Shown here one piece after another: positions 48,311 through 59,110 of a stretch of DNA of 64,000 nucleotides (positions are counted from its first letter, which is position 1; each line of letters begins with the position of its first letter). Made by a program: the position numbers and the translations under genes. The stretch lies in the NCBI GenBank assembly GCA_964291285.2, contig OZ219788.1, positions 160,001 to 224,000 of the forward strand. The letters run 5' to 3'. The notes under the pieces were generated by a model. It saw nothing but the letters and a program-made list of their open reading frames with translations. It was not told the DNA's origin and did no database searches. This stretch comes from Alphaproteobacteria bacterium. Its GTDB lineage: Bacteria; Pseudomonadota; Alphaproteobacteria; Bin95.

Positions 48311-50080
48311 ATGGCACCCCCCCAGGCTCTTCCCGTTCGCGCATTGATCGGCCGCCTCTGGCGAAGCCATATCCGCGCCAGCGTGCCGGCGCTCCGCCTG
48401 GCCGCGCTGGCGATGGCGCTCAGCGCCGCCGCGCAGGCCGGCTACATCCGCGTGGTGCAGGAGCTGGTGGACGAAGTCCTGGTCGCGGGAAACGAAGCGC
48501 TGATCGTTTTCGTCTCCCTCACGATCTTCGCGCTGGGCCTGGTGCAGGGCTTCTCGGCCTACTTTTCGGCCGTCATTCTCGCCAGGGTCGGCCAGGGCGT
48601 GGTCGCCTCCTTCCAGTCCGCGATGTTCGGCCATCTGGTCCATGCGGACCTGGTGTTTTTCGACAACAGCCGCACCGGCGCCCTGATCTCGCGCTTCACC
48701 AACGATGTGAACCTGATGCGCCAGGCCCTGTCCACGACGCTGCTCACGCTGGGCAGGGACAGCCTCACCATCGTCTTCGTGCTGGGCGTGCTGTTCTACC
48801 AGGACTGGCTGCTTACCCTGATCGTGCTGTTCGTGTTCCCGACGACGCTCATCCTGGTCCTGCGCATCGGCCGGCGCATCCGCCGGATCACGAGCTCCGC
48901 GCAGACGAGCTGGGGCGAGTTCACCGCCACGCTCGAACAGGCCCTCACCGGCATCCGCCACATCAAGGCCTACCGGCTGGAGGACCGCGAGCGCAGGGAA
49001 GCCGACGCCGCCATCGACCGCATCCGCCGCCTGACGGTCAAGACGGTGCGCGTGCAGGCGGTTTCCCGCCCGATCATGGAGTTCCTGGGCGCCGTCGCCA
49101 TTGCTGCCGTCATCTTCTACGGCGGCGGGCAGGTCGCTGCCGGCAACATAACGCCGGGCACCATCGTCGCGTTCCTCACCGCCTTCCTGATCGCCTACCG
49201 GCCGGTCAAGCATCTCGTCAGCGTCAACGCCGCCATCCAGCAGGGACTGGTCGGCGCGCAGCGCTGCTTCGAACTGCTGGACCGGAAGCCCGAGATCGTG
49301 GATGCGCCGGACGCAGCACCCCTTCGCGTCGGCCGGGGCGAGATCGCCTTCGAGGACGTGTCCTTCTCCTATTCGGGAGGACCGGCGGCGCTCTCCGGCC
49401 TCTCGCTCACCTTTCCGGCGGGCCGCACATCCGCCCTGGTCGGGGCTTCCGGGGCCGGCAAGACCACGATCCTCAACCTCATCCCGCGCTTCTACGATGT
49501 CGAAGCAGGCCGGGTCACCATAGACGGGCAGGACCTGCGCGGCGTCACCCTCGCCTCGCTCAGGGACCAGATCGCGCTGGTGAGCCAGGAAGTCTCGCTG
49601 TTCGACGACAGCATTCACGCCAATATCGCCTGCGGACGGCCCGGCGCGGAGGAGGAGGAGGTCGAGGCCGCCGCGCGCAATGCGGGCGCGCATGACTTCG
49701 TCGAGGCCATGCCGGAGGGCTACCGGACGCGGGTCGGCGAGTTCGGCGTGCGCCTCTCGGGCGGCCAGCGCCAGCGCATCGCCATTGCGCGCGCCATGCT
49801 GAAGGACGCGCCGATCCTGCTGCTCGACGAAGCGACCTCCGCGCTCGACACCGAGACCGAACGGCTGGTCCAGGCCGCGCTGGAGCGCCTGAAGCAGGGC
49901 CGCACCACCGTCGTCATCGCGCACCGCCTCTCGACCGTCGCCAATGCCGACGTCATCCATGTCATCGACAAGGGCCGGGTTATCGAGTCCGGCGCCCACG
50001 GCGCGCTTCTGGCGCAGAGCGGCGCCTATGCCCGGCTGCATGCGCTCCAGTTCGCCGAAGCGGGCCGCCGCATTGCCTAG
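48311..50080 (+). CDS. msbA: Lipid A export ABC transporter MsbA-like
   Basis: TMD plus NBD (GASGAGKTT, LSGGQRQR, LDEATSALD); upstream of waaA and lpxK. Confidence 0.85.
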   Translation: MAPPQALPVRALIGRLWRSHIRASVPALRLAALAMALSAAAQAGYIRVVQELVDEVLVAGNEALIVFVSLTIFALGLVQGFSAYFSAVILARVGQGVVASFQSAMFGHLVHADLVFFDNSRTGALISRFTNDVNLMRQALSTTLLTLGRDSLTIVFVLGVLFYQDWLLTLIVLFVFPTTLILVLRIGRRIRRITSSAQTSWGEFTATLEQALTGIRHIKAYRLEDRERREADAAIDRIRRLTVKTVRVQAVSRPIMEFLGAVAIAAVIFYGGGQVAAGNITPGTIVAFLTAFLIAYRPVKHLVSVNAAIQQGLVGAQRCFELLDRKPEIVDAPDAAPLRVGRGEIAFEDVSFSYSGGPAALSGLSLTFPAGRTSALVGASGAGKTTILNLIPRFYDVEAGRVTIDGQDLRGVTLASLRDQIALVSQEVSLFDDSIHANIACGRPGAEEEEVEAAARNAGAHDFVEAMPEGYRTRVGEFGVRLSGGQRQRIAIARAMLKDAPILLLDEATSALDTETERLVQAALERLKQGRTTVVIAHRLSTVANADVIHVIDKGRVIESGAHGALLAQSGAYARLHALQFAEAGRRIA

Positions 50081-50759
50081 GCGTTTCGGCAGGCGGTTCC
50101 TGCGCCACCCGGCGATGCAGCGCCTCGCAAAGCGGCTGCTGGTCGGCTATGTCCGGCTGGTGGCCGGCACGACGCGCTGGCGCGTCGAAGGGCGCGAGCA
50201 CCTGGAGGCGGCGCTGGAGGAAGACGGCAGCGCCGTGGTCTGCTTCTGGCACGGGCGGCTGATGCTCTTTCCGGTGGACTGGCCCTGGCCCGACCGCACC
50301 CATGTGCTCATTTCCGCGCATCGCGACGGCCAGATCGGCGGCTCCATCGCGGAAGGGTTCGGCCTGCATACCGTCTCCGGCTCGACCGAGCGCGGCGGGG
50401 CGCTGGCGCTGCGCCGGCTGGTCAGGCTGGTGCGCGCGGGCGACATCGTGGCGATCACCCCCGACGGGCCGCGCGGGCCGCGCGGGGTGCCGCATCCGGG
50501 GGCGGCCGCACTCGCCCGGCTCACGCGGGTGCGGATCCTGCCCGTGTCCTGGTCGGTGCGCCGGCGCGTCCTTCTGCGAAGCTGGGACCGGCTGCTGCTG
50601 CCGCTTCCCGTCAATCGCGGCGTCTATCTGTTCGGCGAAGCGCTGCCGGTTTCGGATGACGACGCGCTCCCGCGCCTCAAGGAAGCGCTGGACGGCCTCA
50701 CCGACCGCGCCGACCGGCTTTGCGGGCACGATCCGTTGCCGTCCACGGCGGCCTCATGA
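50073..50759 (+). CDS. Lysophospholipid acyltransferase family (DUF374); start TTG 50073 or ATG 50115
   Basis: FWHGRL, LISAHRDG, GST, ITPDGPRGP, SWDRLLLPLP. Confidence 0.88.
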   Translation: MPRRFGRRFLRHPAMQRLAKRLLVGYVRLVAGTTRWRVEGREHLEAALEEDGSAVVCFWHGRLMLFPVDWPWPDRTHVLISAHRDGQIGGSIAEGFGLHTVSGSTERGGALALRRLVRLVRAGDIVAITPDGPRGPRGVPHPGAAALARLTRVRILPVSWSVRRRVLLRSWDRLLLPLPVNRGVYLFGEALPVSDDDALPRLKEALDGLTDRADRLCGHDPLPSTAAS

Positions 50760-52024
50760 TGCACCTTGCCTACCGGGCGGCGACCGGCCTTCTGGCACCC
50801 GTCCTGCCGGTCTATGTCGCGCACCGGCGGCGGCGCGGCCGGGAAGACCCGGCGCGACTGGGCGAACGGCGCGGCATCGCCAGCGCACCGCGTCCCGACG
50901 GCCCGCTGGTATGGTTCCATGGGGCCAGCATCGGCGAGACCGCTTCCGTCCTTCCGCTGATCGACAGGCTCGTGGCGATGCGCCCGGATGCGGCGGTGCT
51001 CGCGACGTCGGTCACCCGGACCGCAGCCACCCTGTTGGCGCGGCGGCTGCCGCCGGGCGCGACCCACCAGTACTATCCGATGGACAGGACGGCCTGGGTG
51101 CGCCGCTTTCTGAAGCACTGGCGGCCCGACCTCGCGCTCTGGATCGAGTCGGAGCTCTGGCCCAACATGCTCTGCGAACTCCGCGCGCAGAGCGTACCGG
51201 CAGCGCTGTTGAACGCGCGCATGTCGCCGACCTCGTTCCGGCGATGGCGCCGTTTCCCGCGCTTCGCGCGCCGGCTGCTCGGGTCTTTCGAGCTCACGCT
51301 CGCGCAGGATGCGGAGCATGCGGCGCGGTTCCGCATGCTGGGAGCCGATCCTGTCCGCATACCGGGCAACCTGAAATTCGCCGCACCGCCGCTCGGCGCA
51401 GACGAAACCGCGCTCGAAGCCGTGCTGGACGCCGTCGCCGACCGCCCGGTCTGGCTCGCCGCATCCACGCATCCCGGCGAAGAGGCTGCGGTCGCCTACG
51501 CGCATGAGGCGCTGCGGCACAGCCATGCGGGCGTGCTCACCATCCTCGCTCCCCGCCATCCCGAGCGCGGGGACGAGGTCGAAACGCTGCTCTCCGCAAG
51601 GAACGGACTCGCCGTCGCCAGGCGGTCGCGCGGAGAGCTGCCCGGCGCCGCGACCGAGGTCTATCTCGCCGACACGCTGGACGAACTCGGGCTCTTCTAC
51701 CGCGTGGCCGAAGCGGTGTTCGTCGGCGGCTCGCTGGTGGCGCACGGGGGACAGAACCCGCTCGAACCCGCACGGCTCGGCGCGGCCCTGGTGCATGGAC
51801 CGGCCATGTTCAACTTCACCGAGATCGTGGCCGAACTCGCGGCGGCGGGCGGCGCGCGCCAGGTCGCGGACCGGGACGAGCTGGTGGCCGCCATCGGGAT
51901 GCTGCTTTCCGACGGCGAAGCGCGCCGGACGCAGGCGGCCCGCGCGGCGGCGGTGGCCAACGCCCGCGGCGGCGTGCTGGACGAGGTGCTGGGCGCGCTC
52001 TCGCCGCTGCTCGCCCGCATCTGA
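50756..52024 (+). CDS. waaA: Kdo transferase
   Basis: WFHGASIGE, ESELWPN, GNLKF, AASTHPGEE, APRHPER, GGQNPLEPA. Confidence 0.95.
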   Translation: MMHLAYRAATGLLAPVLPVYVAHRRRRGREDPARLGERRGIASAPRPDGPLVWFHGASIGETASVLPLIDRLVAMRPDAAVLATSVTRTAATLLARRLPPGATHQYYPMDRTAWVRRFLKHWRPDLALWIESELWPNMLCELRAQSVPAALLNARMSPTSFRRWRRFPRFARRLLGSFELTLAQDAEHAARFRMLGADPVRIPGNLKFAAPPLGADETALEAVLDAVADRPVWLAASTHPGEEAAVAYAHEALRHSHAGVLTILAPRHPERGDEVETLLSARNGLAVARRSRGELPGAATEVYLADTLDELGLFYRVAEAVFVGGSLVAHGGQNPLEPARLGAALVHGPAMFNFTEIVAELAAAGGARQVADRDELVAAIGMLLSDGEARRTQAARAAAVANARGGVLDEVLGALSPLLARI

Positions 52025-52028
52025 GCCT

Positions 52029-52988
52029 GTGCGTCCGCCCGCCTTCTGGAACGATGCGGGCGCGCCGCAAGGCCGGCTGCTCGCCCCGGCCGGCTGGCTT
52101 TACGCCCTGCTTTCGCGGCCCGGGCGCGGCAGGGCCCGCAGGGCGCCGGTGCCGGTCGTGTGCATCGGCAATGCCGTGCTGGGCGGGGCCGGAAAGACGC
52201 CGGTCGCGCTTGCCGTCGCGGAACGCCTCGCCGCCGCCGGGCACCGCCCGCACTTCCTCTCGCGCGGCTATGGCGGGCGGCTGCGCGGCCCGGTGCAGGT
52301 GGACCCGGCGGCGCATGGCGCGGGCGATGTCGGCGACGAACCGCTGCTGCTGGCCCGCGCCGCGCCGGCCTGGGTGGCGCGCAACCGTCCCGCCGGCGCG
52401 CTCGCCGCGGCCGGGGCCGGCGCCAGCATCCTCGTGATGGACGACGGCTTCCAGAACGGGAGCCTCGCCAAGGACGTGGCCGTCCTCGTGGCCGACGGCG
52501 CTGTCGGCTACGGCAACGGCCGCGTCTTCCCGGCGGGACCTTTGCGCGAACCGGCCGCCGCCGCCCATGCGCGCGCCGATGCGCTTGTCGTGGTGGGCCG
52601 CCCCCGTTGCGCCCTGCCGAACGGCCTGCCCCGGCTTGAGGCGCGTCTCATGCCGGGGCCGGGCAGCGAGCGGCTCGCGGGCGAAGCGGTATTCGGCTTC
52701 GCCGGCATCGGCCGGCCGGCCAAATTCGCCGAGACGCTGCAGGAGTTGGGTGCGCGGCTGGTCGATTTCCGCGCCTTTCCGGACCACCACGCCTACCGGC
52801 CGGAGGAGGCGATGGCGCTGCTTGAGCAGGCGGCGGCGCTCGGCGCAAGATGCGTCACGACCGAGAAGGACGCCGTGCGCCTGCCAGCGGACATCCGCGA
52901 TGCGGTCGAGACGGTCGCCGTCGACATCGAATGGCGCGACCCCGGCGGCCTCGACCGCCTGCTGCAGGAAAAGGGACTGATCGGATGA
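52029..52988 (+). CDS. lpxK: Tetraacyldisaccharide 4'-kinase
   Basis: VCIGNAVLGGAGKTP, LSRGYGG, GDEPLLLA, MDDGFQN, PAGPLRE, FPDHH, TTEKD. Confidence 0.95.
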   Translation: MRPPAFWNDAGAPQGRLLAPAGWLYALLSRPGRGRARRAPVPVVCIGNAVLGGAGKTPVALAVAERLAAAGHRPHFLSRGYGGRLRGPVQVDPAAHGAGDVGDEPLLLARAAPAWVARNRPAGALAAAGAGASILVMDDGFQNGSLAKDVAVLVADGAVGYGNGRVFPAGPLREPAAAAHARADALVVVGRPRCALPNGLPRLEARLMPGPGSERLAGEAVFGFAGIGRPAKFAETLQELGARLVDFRAFPDHHAYRPEEAMALLEQAAALGARCVTTEKDAVRLPADIRDAVETVAVDIEWRDPGGLDRLLQEKGLIG

Positions 52989-53551
52989 CGGAACCGGATG
53001 CCGTGCTCGAGTTCTGGTTCGGCCCGCCCGAGGCTCCCGATTTCGGCTGGCCGCGCGAGGTCTGGTTCCGGGGCGGGCCGGAGTTCGACGAGTCGTGCCG
53101 CCGGTTCGAGCCCTCCGTCGAAGAGGCGATCGCCGGCGGCTTCGACGAGTGGCGCTGGCGGCCGCGGCACTGCCTCGCCCTCATCCTGCTGCTCGACCAG
53201 TTCCCCCGGAACATCTACCGGGGCACGGCGCGGGCCTTCGCCGGCGACCCGCGCGCCCGCGAGCTCGCGCATTTCGCCGTGGCGCGCGGCTTCGACCGCG
53301 GGGCGCCTTGCAGCCTCCGGGCGTTCTTCTACCTGCCGCTGGAGCACAGCGAATCGCTCGCCGACCAGGAACTCGTCGTGCGCCTGTTCGATGCCTATGG
53401 ACCCGCCGGCAGCCGCGAATACGGCCGCAAGCACCGCGAGATCATCCGCCGCTTCGGGCGCTTCCCCCACCGCAATGCCGTACTCGGCCGGACCTCCACG
53501 CCCGAGGAAGAGGCCTTCGCCGCCGACCCGGAAAACCGCTTCGGGCAGTAG
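52985..53551 (+). CDS. DUF924 family protein
   Basis: VLEFWF, LLDQFPRNIYRG, FFYLPLEHSE, RFGRFPHRNAVLGR. Confidence 0.92.
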   Translation: MTEPDAVLEFWFGPPEAPDFGWPREVWFRGGPEFDESCRRFEPSVEEAIAGGFDEWRWRPRHCLALILLLDQFPRNIYRGTARAFAGDPRARELAHFAVARGFDRGAPCSLRAFFYLPLEHSESLADQELVVRLFDAYGPAGSREYGRKHREIIRRFGRFPHRNAVLGRTSTPEEEAFAADPENRFGQ

Positions 53552-53660
53552 GAGAGCACCGGCCTGCGCAGGCCGCCGCCCCGGCCTTCTTCCCGTCATG
53601 CCCGCCCCCCATATCGTCATGCCCGGACTTGTTCCACTGCTGTCCGGTTGACGCTCTATC

Positions 53661-53762
53661 TCGTCTCCCCGGCCCCCGAGCCGGGGCCTCGGGCGGCTTG
53701 CGCGGCGTCGAAAGGCCGTGTCCTGGCGTCGCGAGGCCCCGGCTCGGGGGCCGGGGCGACGA
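53661..53762. repeat. Palindromic REP/MITE-like element 1
   Basis: 31-bp arms TCGTCTCCCCGGCCCCCGAGCCGGGGCCTCG and CGAGGCCCCGGCTCGGGGGCCGGGGCGACGA (30/31 complementary). Confidence 0.85.
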
Positions 53763-53780
53763 AGAGGAGGCCGCGCCCTC

Positions 53781-53910
53781 TCCCCTCATCCTGAGTAGCG
53801 ACCGCGTCAGCGGGCGCGTATCGAAGGACCGTCCCGAAGCGCCAGCAGCCGTCCTTCGATACGCGCCGGCCTTCGCAGGGCGAAGGCCGGCGCTACTCAG
53901 GATGAGGGGA
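53781..53910. repeat. Palindromic REP/MITE-like element 2
   Basis: Outer arms TCCCCTCATCCTGAGTAGCG/CGCTACTCAGGATGAGGGGA; inner arms GGCGCGTATCGAAGGAC/GTCCTTCGATACGCGCC. Confidence 0.85.
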
Positions 53911-53957
53911 GGGCGCCAATCCGTGTCCCGATCCGACGGGAGCGGACGGGAGGCTAC

Positions 53958-54728
53958 CTACCGCCAGCCGCCGCCGCCGTTCACATAGACGGTGTCGGCG
54001 GTCATGAACTCGCAGGCGTCGGAGCACATGAAGAGCACGAGCTCGCCGATCTCCTCCGGCTTGCCGAAGCGCCCCATCGGCACGTCCGAGAGGAAGGTCG
54101 CCATGGTGTCGGGCGTCGTCGCGGCCGCGGCCTGGAACGGCGTCTCGACGGGGCCCGGAGAGATCGACAGGCAGCGTATGCCCCGGCTTGCGAACTCCCT
54201 CGCCACGCCGAGCGTCATGGTCAGCACCGCGCCCTTGGCGGAGGCGTAGTGCACGGACGTGCCGGGCCCGCCGCGCTTGTGGGACATGGAGGCGACATTG
54301 ACGATCACGCCCCTGCCGTTCTCAAGCATGTGCGGCAGCACCGCCTGCATGCCGTAGAGCACGCCGTCCACATTGATCGCCCATGTCCGGCGCCACAGGT
54401 CGTCGTCGATATCGAGGAAGGCCGACCGGCGCACGGCGGCGCCGGCGCAGTTGAACATGAAGTCGATCCGCCCGAACTCGCGAATGGCCTCCGCGACCGC
54501 CGCGTTCACGTCCTCCCGGCGGGTCACGTCGGTGGCGACGGCAAGCGCCCGGCCCCCGGTCTGGCGGATGATTTCCACCGTGTTCTCGTTGCCCTCCCCG
54601 TCGATGTCGCAGGCGACGACATGGGCGCCTTCGCGCGTGAAGATCTGCGCCGTCGCCCGGCCGATGCCGCTCGCAGCCCCGGTGATGACGATGGTCTTGC
54701 CCTGGAAGTAACCCGGCGTGCCGGTCAT
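53958..54728 (-). CDS. SDR family oxidoreductase
   Basis: ITGAASGIG, FNCAG, YASAK, SPGPVETPF, PMGRFG. Confidence 0.92.
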   Translation of the reverse strand: MTGTPGYFQGKTIVITGAASGIGRATAQIFTREGAHVVACDIDGEGNENTVEIIRQTGGRALAVATDVTRREDVNAAVAEAIREFGRIDFMFNCAGAAVRRSAFLDIDDDLWRRTWAINVDGVLYGMQAVLPHMLENGRGVIVNVASMSHKRGGPGTSVHYASAKGAVLTMTLGVAREFASRGIRCLSISPGPVETPFQAAAATTPDTMATFLSDVPMGRFGKPEEIGELVLFMCSDACEFMTADTVYVNGGGGWR

Positions 54729-54823
54729 GGAGGATTGCCTCGCTGTTTCGCCCTCTTTCTGGATAGCGCGGCGGGAATTTCCCATCAAGCGGCGCCTTGC
54801 GCGGCATCCTGCGACAGGGGCGG

Positions 54824-55258
54824 CTACCGGTTGTGGGGCGGATTCCTCGCGGCCTGCACTTCCCTGACCCGCTCCGGCCAGGTTGACCGGATATAGGCGA
54901 GGATGTCCCAGATCCCGTCATCGCTCAGGACATCCGCAAACCCCTGCATGCCGCTCTTCGGCCCGCGGATGCCGCGCGCCGCGAACAGTGCTTCGCCGCC
55001 GAGTTTGGTGTAGTCGAACAGCAGCCGGTTGTCGTGGTGCCAGGTGTGGCCGGTCGCATCGTGGGGCGGCGCGGGAAAGACGCCGTCCGGACCGGGCTGC
55101 CGCCAGTCGGGCTGGCCCTCCAGCTTCGCCCCGTGGCAGGAGGCGCAGTGCTCCGCATAGAGCGCCTGCCCGTTTTCCAGATCGCGGTCGTCCAGTTCGT
55201 GGCCCGCGAACGCAGCCGCCGGAACCAGAAACGCGACGAGCGCAAGAGCGTGTCTCAC
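54824..55258 (-). CDS. Periplasmic monoheme cytochrome c
   Basis: Signal peptide, CASCHG, APPHDATGHTWHH, distal Met. Confidence 0.92.
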   Translation of the reverse strand: MRHALALVAFLVPAAAFAGHELDDRDLENGQALYAEHCASCHGAKLEGQPDWRQPGPDGVFPAPPHDATGHTWHHDNRLLFDYTKLGGEALFAARGIRGPKSGMQGFADVLSDDGIWDILAYIRSTWPERVREVQAARNPPHNR

Positions 55259-55271
55259 GGCCCCGCAGCCC

Positions 55272-55718
55272 TCAGTGACAGGCTTTCCCGAGCGCCTTCA
55301 GCCGCCAGTAATTGTAGGGCAGCGGGGTGACGAAGCCGGCGGCCAGCATGAGCGGCACGACCCACCATGTCAGCACCGCACCGCCGGTCAGCGCCCAGTC
55401 CACCGCGTTCATCATCGCCTCCATGGAGATCATCGAGATGAACGACATGCCGATCGCCGTCCGGAAGGCGGTGCGAACGGCCATCTGGCGGGAGAGGATG
55501 ATTGTCTCCAGCGCGATGGAGGTCAGCAGCCCGTTCACGATGGCGAGGATCATGATGGCCATGGTCGGCCAGGGAATCCCGGTGAACTGGAAGAAGGCGA
55601 TGGTGCCGAAGTCGCCGATGGCGCAGCCCAGCAGGCACCAGGCCGTGTTCTTCGAGGCCCGCCGCCATGTGTGGCGGCAGTGCCAGTCGATGGCGACGCT
55701 TGCAGCTATGGCGACCAT
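55272..55718 (-). CDS. DUF4396 family membrane protein
   Basis: TAWCLLGCAIGD, MISME, PLPYNYWRL, C-terminal CH. Confidence 0.82.
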   Translation of the reverse strand: MVAIAASVAIDWHCRHTWRRASKNTAWCLLGCAIGDFGTIAFFQFTGIPWPTMAIMILAIVNGLLTSIALETIILSRQMAVRTAFRTAIGMSFISMISMEAMMNAVDWALTGGAVLTWWVVPLMLAAGFVTPLPYNYWRLKALGKACH

Positions 55719-55748
55719 GGCGATGCCTCTTGCCCCGTCTTCACCGGC

Positions 55749-55779
55749 AACATAGTGTTTCCAGTTACTGGAAGGTCAA
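55749..55779 (-). promoter_or_regulatory. MerR-type (CueR) promoter/operator
   Basis: -35 TTGACC, 19-bp spacer containing the dyad TTCCAGT-A-ACTGGAA, -10 TATGTT; divergent from cueR. Confidence 0.85.
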
Positions 55780-55791
55780 GCGCCGAAGCCC

Positions 55792-56205
55792 ATGAATATC
55801 TCCGCCGCCTCGAAAGCCGCGGGACTGCCCGCGAAGACGGTGCGCTACTATGCCGATATCGGGCTGGTGCCGGCCCCGGCGCGGTCGGAGTCCGGCTACC
55901 GGAGCTACGACGGCGCCTCGGTGCGGAAGCTCGTCTTCGTGCGCCGGGCGCGGGAGTTCGGGTTTTCGATCTCGGAGTGCCGGGACCTGCTCGGCCTCTA
56001 CGAGGACCGCCGGCGTTCCAGCGCGGACGTCAAGCGCATCGCAACGGCGCGCCTGGAGGAGATTGCGAAGAAGCAGCGCGAACTCCAGTCGCTGCATGAC
56101 GAGCTCGCCCATCTCGTCGATGCCTGCCGGGGCGACGACCGGCCGGACTGCCCGATCATCGACAGCCTGGGCAATCCCCGCGGCGGACCCCGTCAGGCGC
56201 CCTGA
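55792..56205 (+). CDS. cueR: Cu(I)-responsive MerR family regulator
   Basis: MNISAAS...KTVRYYADIGL...GYRSY; metal loop CRGDDRPDCPII. Confidence 0.92.
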   Translation: MNISAASKAAGLPAKTVRYYADIGLVPAPARSESGYRSYDGASVRKLVFVRRAREFGFSISECRDLLGLYEDRRRSSADVKRIATARLEEIAKKQRELQSLHDELAHLVDACRGDDRPDCPIIDSLGNPRGGPRQAP

Positions 56206-56221
56206 GCCGGCGGCTGCCGCC

Positions 56222-56413
56222 TCAGTGCCTGCCGCCCGGCTCGCGGGTGTGGTGCGCGATCAGCCAGAAGACGAAGGCCGTGCAGCCGAGGAACCCGGCC
56301 CAGGCGATCCACTCCATCGCGCCGTGCATCCGGCTCGCCACGAACAGGAAGCCCGCCGCGCAGAGGATCATCGTCATCCCGTAGAGATATTTGCCGACCC
56401 CGTTGTCCCACAC
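56222..56413 (-). CDS. Small two-helix membrane protein
   Basis: Two hydrophobic segments; GGGGAGG upstream of the GTG start. Confidence 0.6.
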   Translation of the reverse strand: MWDNGVGKYLYGMTMILCAAGFLFVASRMHGAMEWIAWAGFLGCTAFVFWLIAHHTREPGGRH

Positions 56414-56596
56414 GGCCTGGGCCTCCCCTTCTCGTCCCCGCCGGTTCTAGCGGACGGGCGCGGGGCGTTCAACGCCGCTCGGCTCCCTGCGCCGCCCTGC
56501 CGCGTCACCGCGCCGCGCCTTGATTACGGAAAGGACCGTCTTTAGGGTCCGCCCGACCCCTGCGCGAGCGATGCGACGAAGGAAACAGGCGCCCCC

Positions 56597-57450
<854 letters not shown>

Positions 57451-57451
<1 letters not shown>

Positions 57452-58635
57452 TGCTCATCAACTTCTTTTTCGACGTAAAGAAGGCGAAGATACCGGCGAC
57501 GATCCGCGAGTTCCTCATGCTGATCGAGGCGATGGACAAGCGCCTCGTGATGTACAATATCGACGATTTCTACTATCTCTCCCGCTCCGCGCTGGTGAAG
57601 GACGAGAAATATTTCGACCGCTACGACCGCGTCTTCGGGACCTTCTTCAAGGGCGTCGAGGAGATAACGGCGACGCTGTTCGGCGACGACATTCCCGAGG
57701 AATGGCTGCTGCTGCAGGCGGAGAAGCTGTTCAGCGAGGAGGACAAGGCGGCCATCGAGGCCATGGGCGGCTGGGAGAAGCTCATGGAGGAGCTTCGCAA
57801 GCGGCTGGAGGAACAGAAGGAGCGCCACCAGGGCGGCAACCGCTGGATCGGCACCGCCGGAACCTCGCCCTACGGCACGGGCGGCTACAACCCGGAGGGC
57901 GTTGCGATCGGCCAGCGCCGCCGCCGGCAGGGCCGCGCGCTGAAGGTGTGGGACAAGCGCGAATACAAGAACTATGACGACCACGTCCAGATCGGCATCC
58001 GCAACATCCAGCTGGCGCTCAGGCGGCTGCGCGACTTCGCGCGCGTGGGCGAGGACGACGAGCTCGATCTCGACGGGACGATCCGCAGCACCGCGCACAA
58101 TGGCGGGCTGCTCGACATCATCATGCGCCCGGAGCGCCGCAACCGCGTCAAGGTGCTGATGTTCTTCGATGTCGGCGGCTCGATGGACGACCATATCCGG
58201 GTCTGCGAGGAGCTGTTCTCGGCCGCGCGCACCGAGTTCAAGCATCTCGAATACTACTATTTCCACAACTTCACCTATGAATATATGTGGCGGGACAACC
58301 GTAGGCGCCACGAGCAGCGCACGCCGACCTGGGATGTCATCAACACCTATCCCAAGGACTACAAGGTGATCTTCGTCGGCGACGCCTTCATGAGTCCCTA
58401 TGAGATCACCTACAAGGGCGGCTCCGTGGAGCACTGGAACGAGGAGCCCGGCCTGCTCTGGGCGCAGCGCATGCTGGACCAGTGGCCGAACGCCATCTGG
58501 CTGAACCCGCGCCCCGAGACGCGCTGGGAGCACACCCCCTCGACGATGATCGTCAGGGAGGTCATGGCCAACCGCATGTTCCCGCTTTCCATCGACGGCC
58601 TCGACCGGGGCCTCCGGGTGCTCACCGCCGCCTGA
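57451..58635 (+). CDS. VWA domain protein (CoxE-like), partner of the MoxR ATPase
   Basis: DVGGSMD MIDAS, YFHN, FVGDAFMSPYE, WLNP. Confidence 0.9.
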
Positions 58636-59090
58636 TGCTGCGGTTCGCCCTGGCGGCTGCGCTTGCCGCATCCCTTGCGGCAACCGTTCCGGCCGCAGCC
58701 AACGGGCCGCTGACGGTGGAGGACGCCCGGGCGCGCATCCTCCTGCCATCCCGGCCGGGCGCGGCTTGGCTCACGATCCGCAACACGGGCGGCGAAGACC
58801 GGCTGGTCGGCGCGGAAAGCCCGGCGGCGGAGCGCGTCGAGATTCACACGCATGTCCACGAAGGCGGCGTGATGATGATGCGCCGGGTGGAAGCCATCGA
58901 CATCCCGGCCGGCGGCGAAGCCGCGCTGGAGCCCGGCGGCGACCATCTGATGCTGTTCGGCCTGAAAGCCGGGCTGAAGACGGGCGGCAGCTTTCCGCTC
59001 ACGCTCCTGTTCGGGAAGGCCGGCCCGGTGACGGTCGAAGTCCGCGTGGCGCCGCTCGCCGAGACGATGCCGAAGCGCAAAAGTCGGTGA
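58635..59090 (+). CDS. Copper chaperone PCu(A)C
   Basis: Signal peptide, EIHTH...MMM, LEPGGDHLML. Confidence 0.9.
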   Translation: MLRFALAAALAASLAATVPAAANGPLTVEDARARILLPSRPGAAWLTIRNTGGEDRLVGAESPAAERVEIHTHVHEGGVMMMRRVEAIDIPAGGEAALEPGGDHLMLFGLKAGLKTGGSFPLTLLFGKAGPVTVEVRVAPLAETMPKRKSR

Positions 59091-59110
59091 CGCGGCGGAC
59101 CGGCGCGCGT

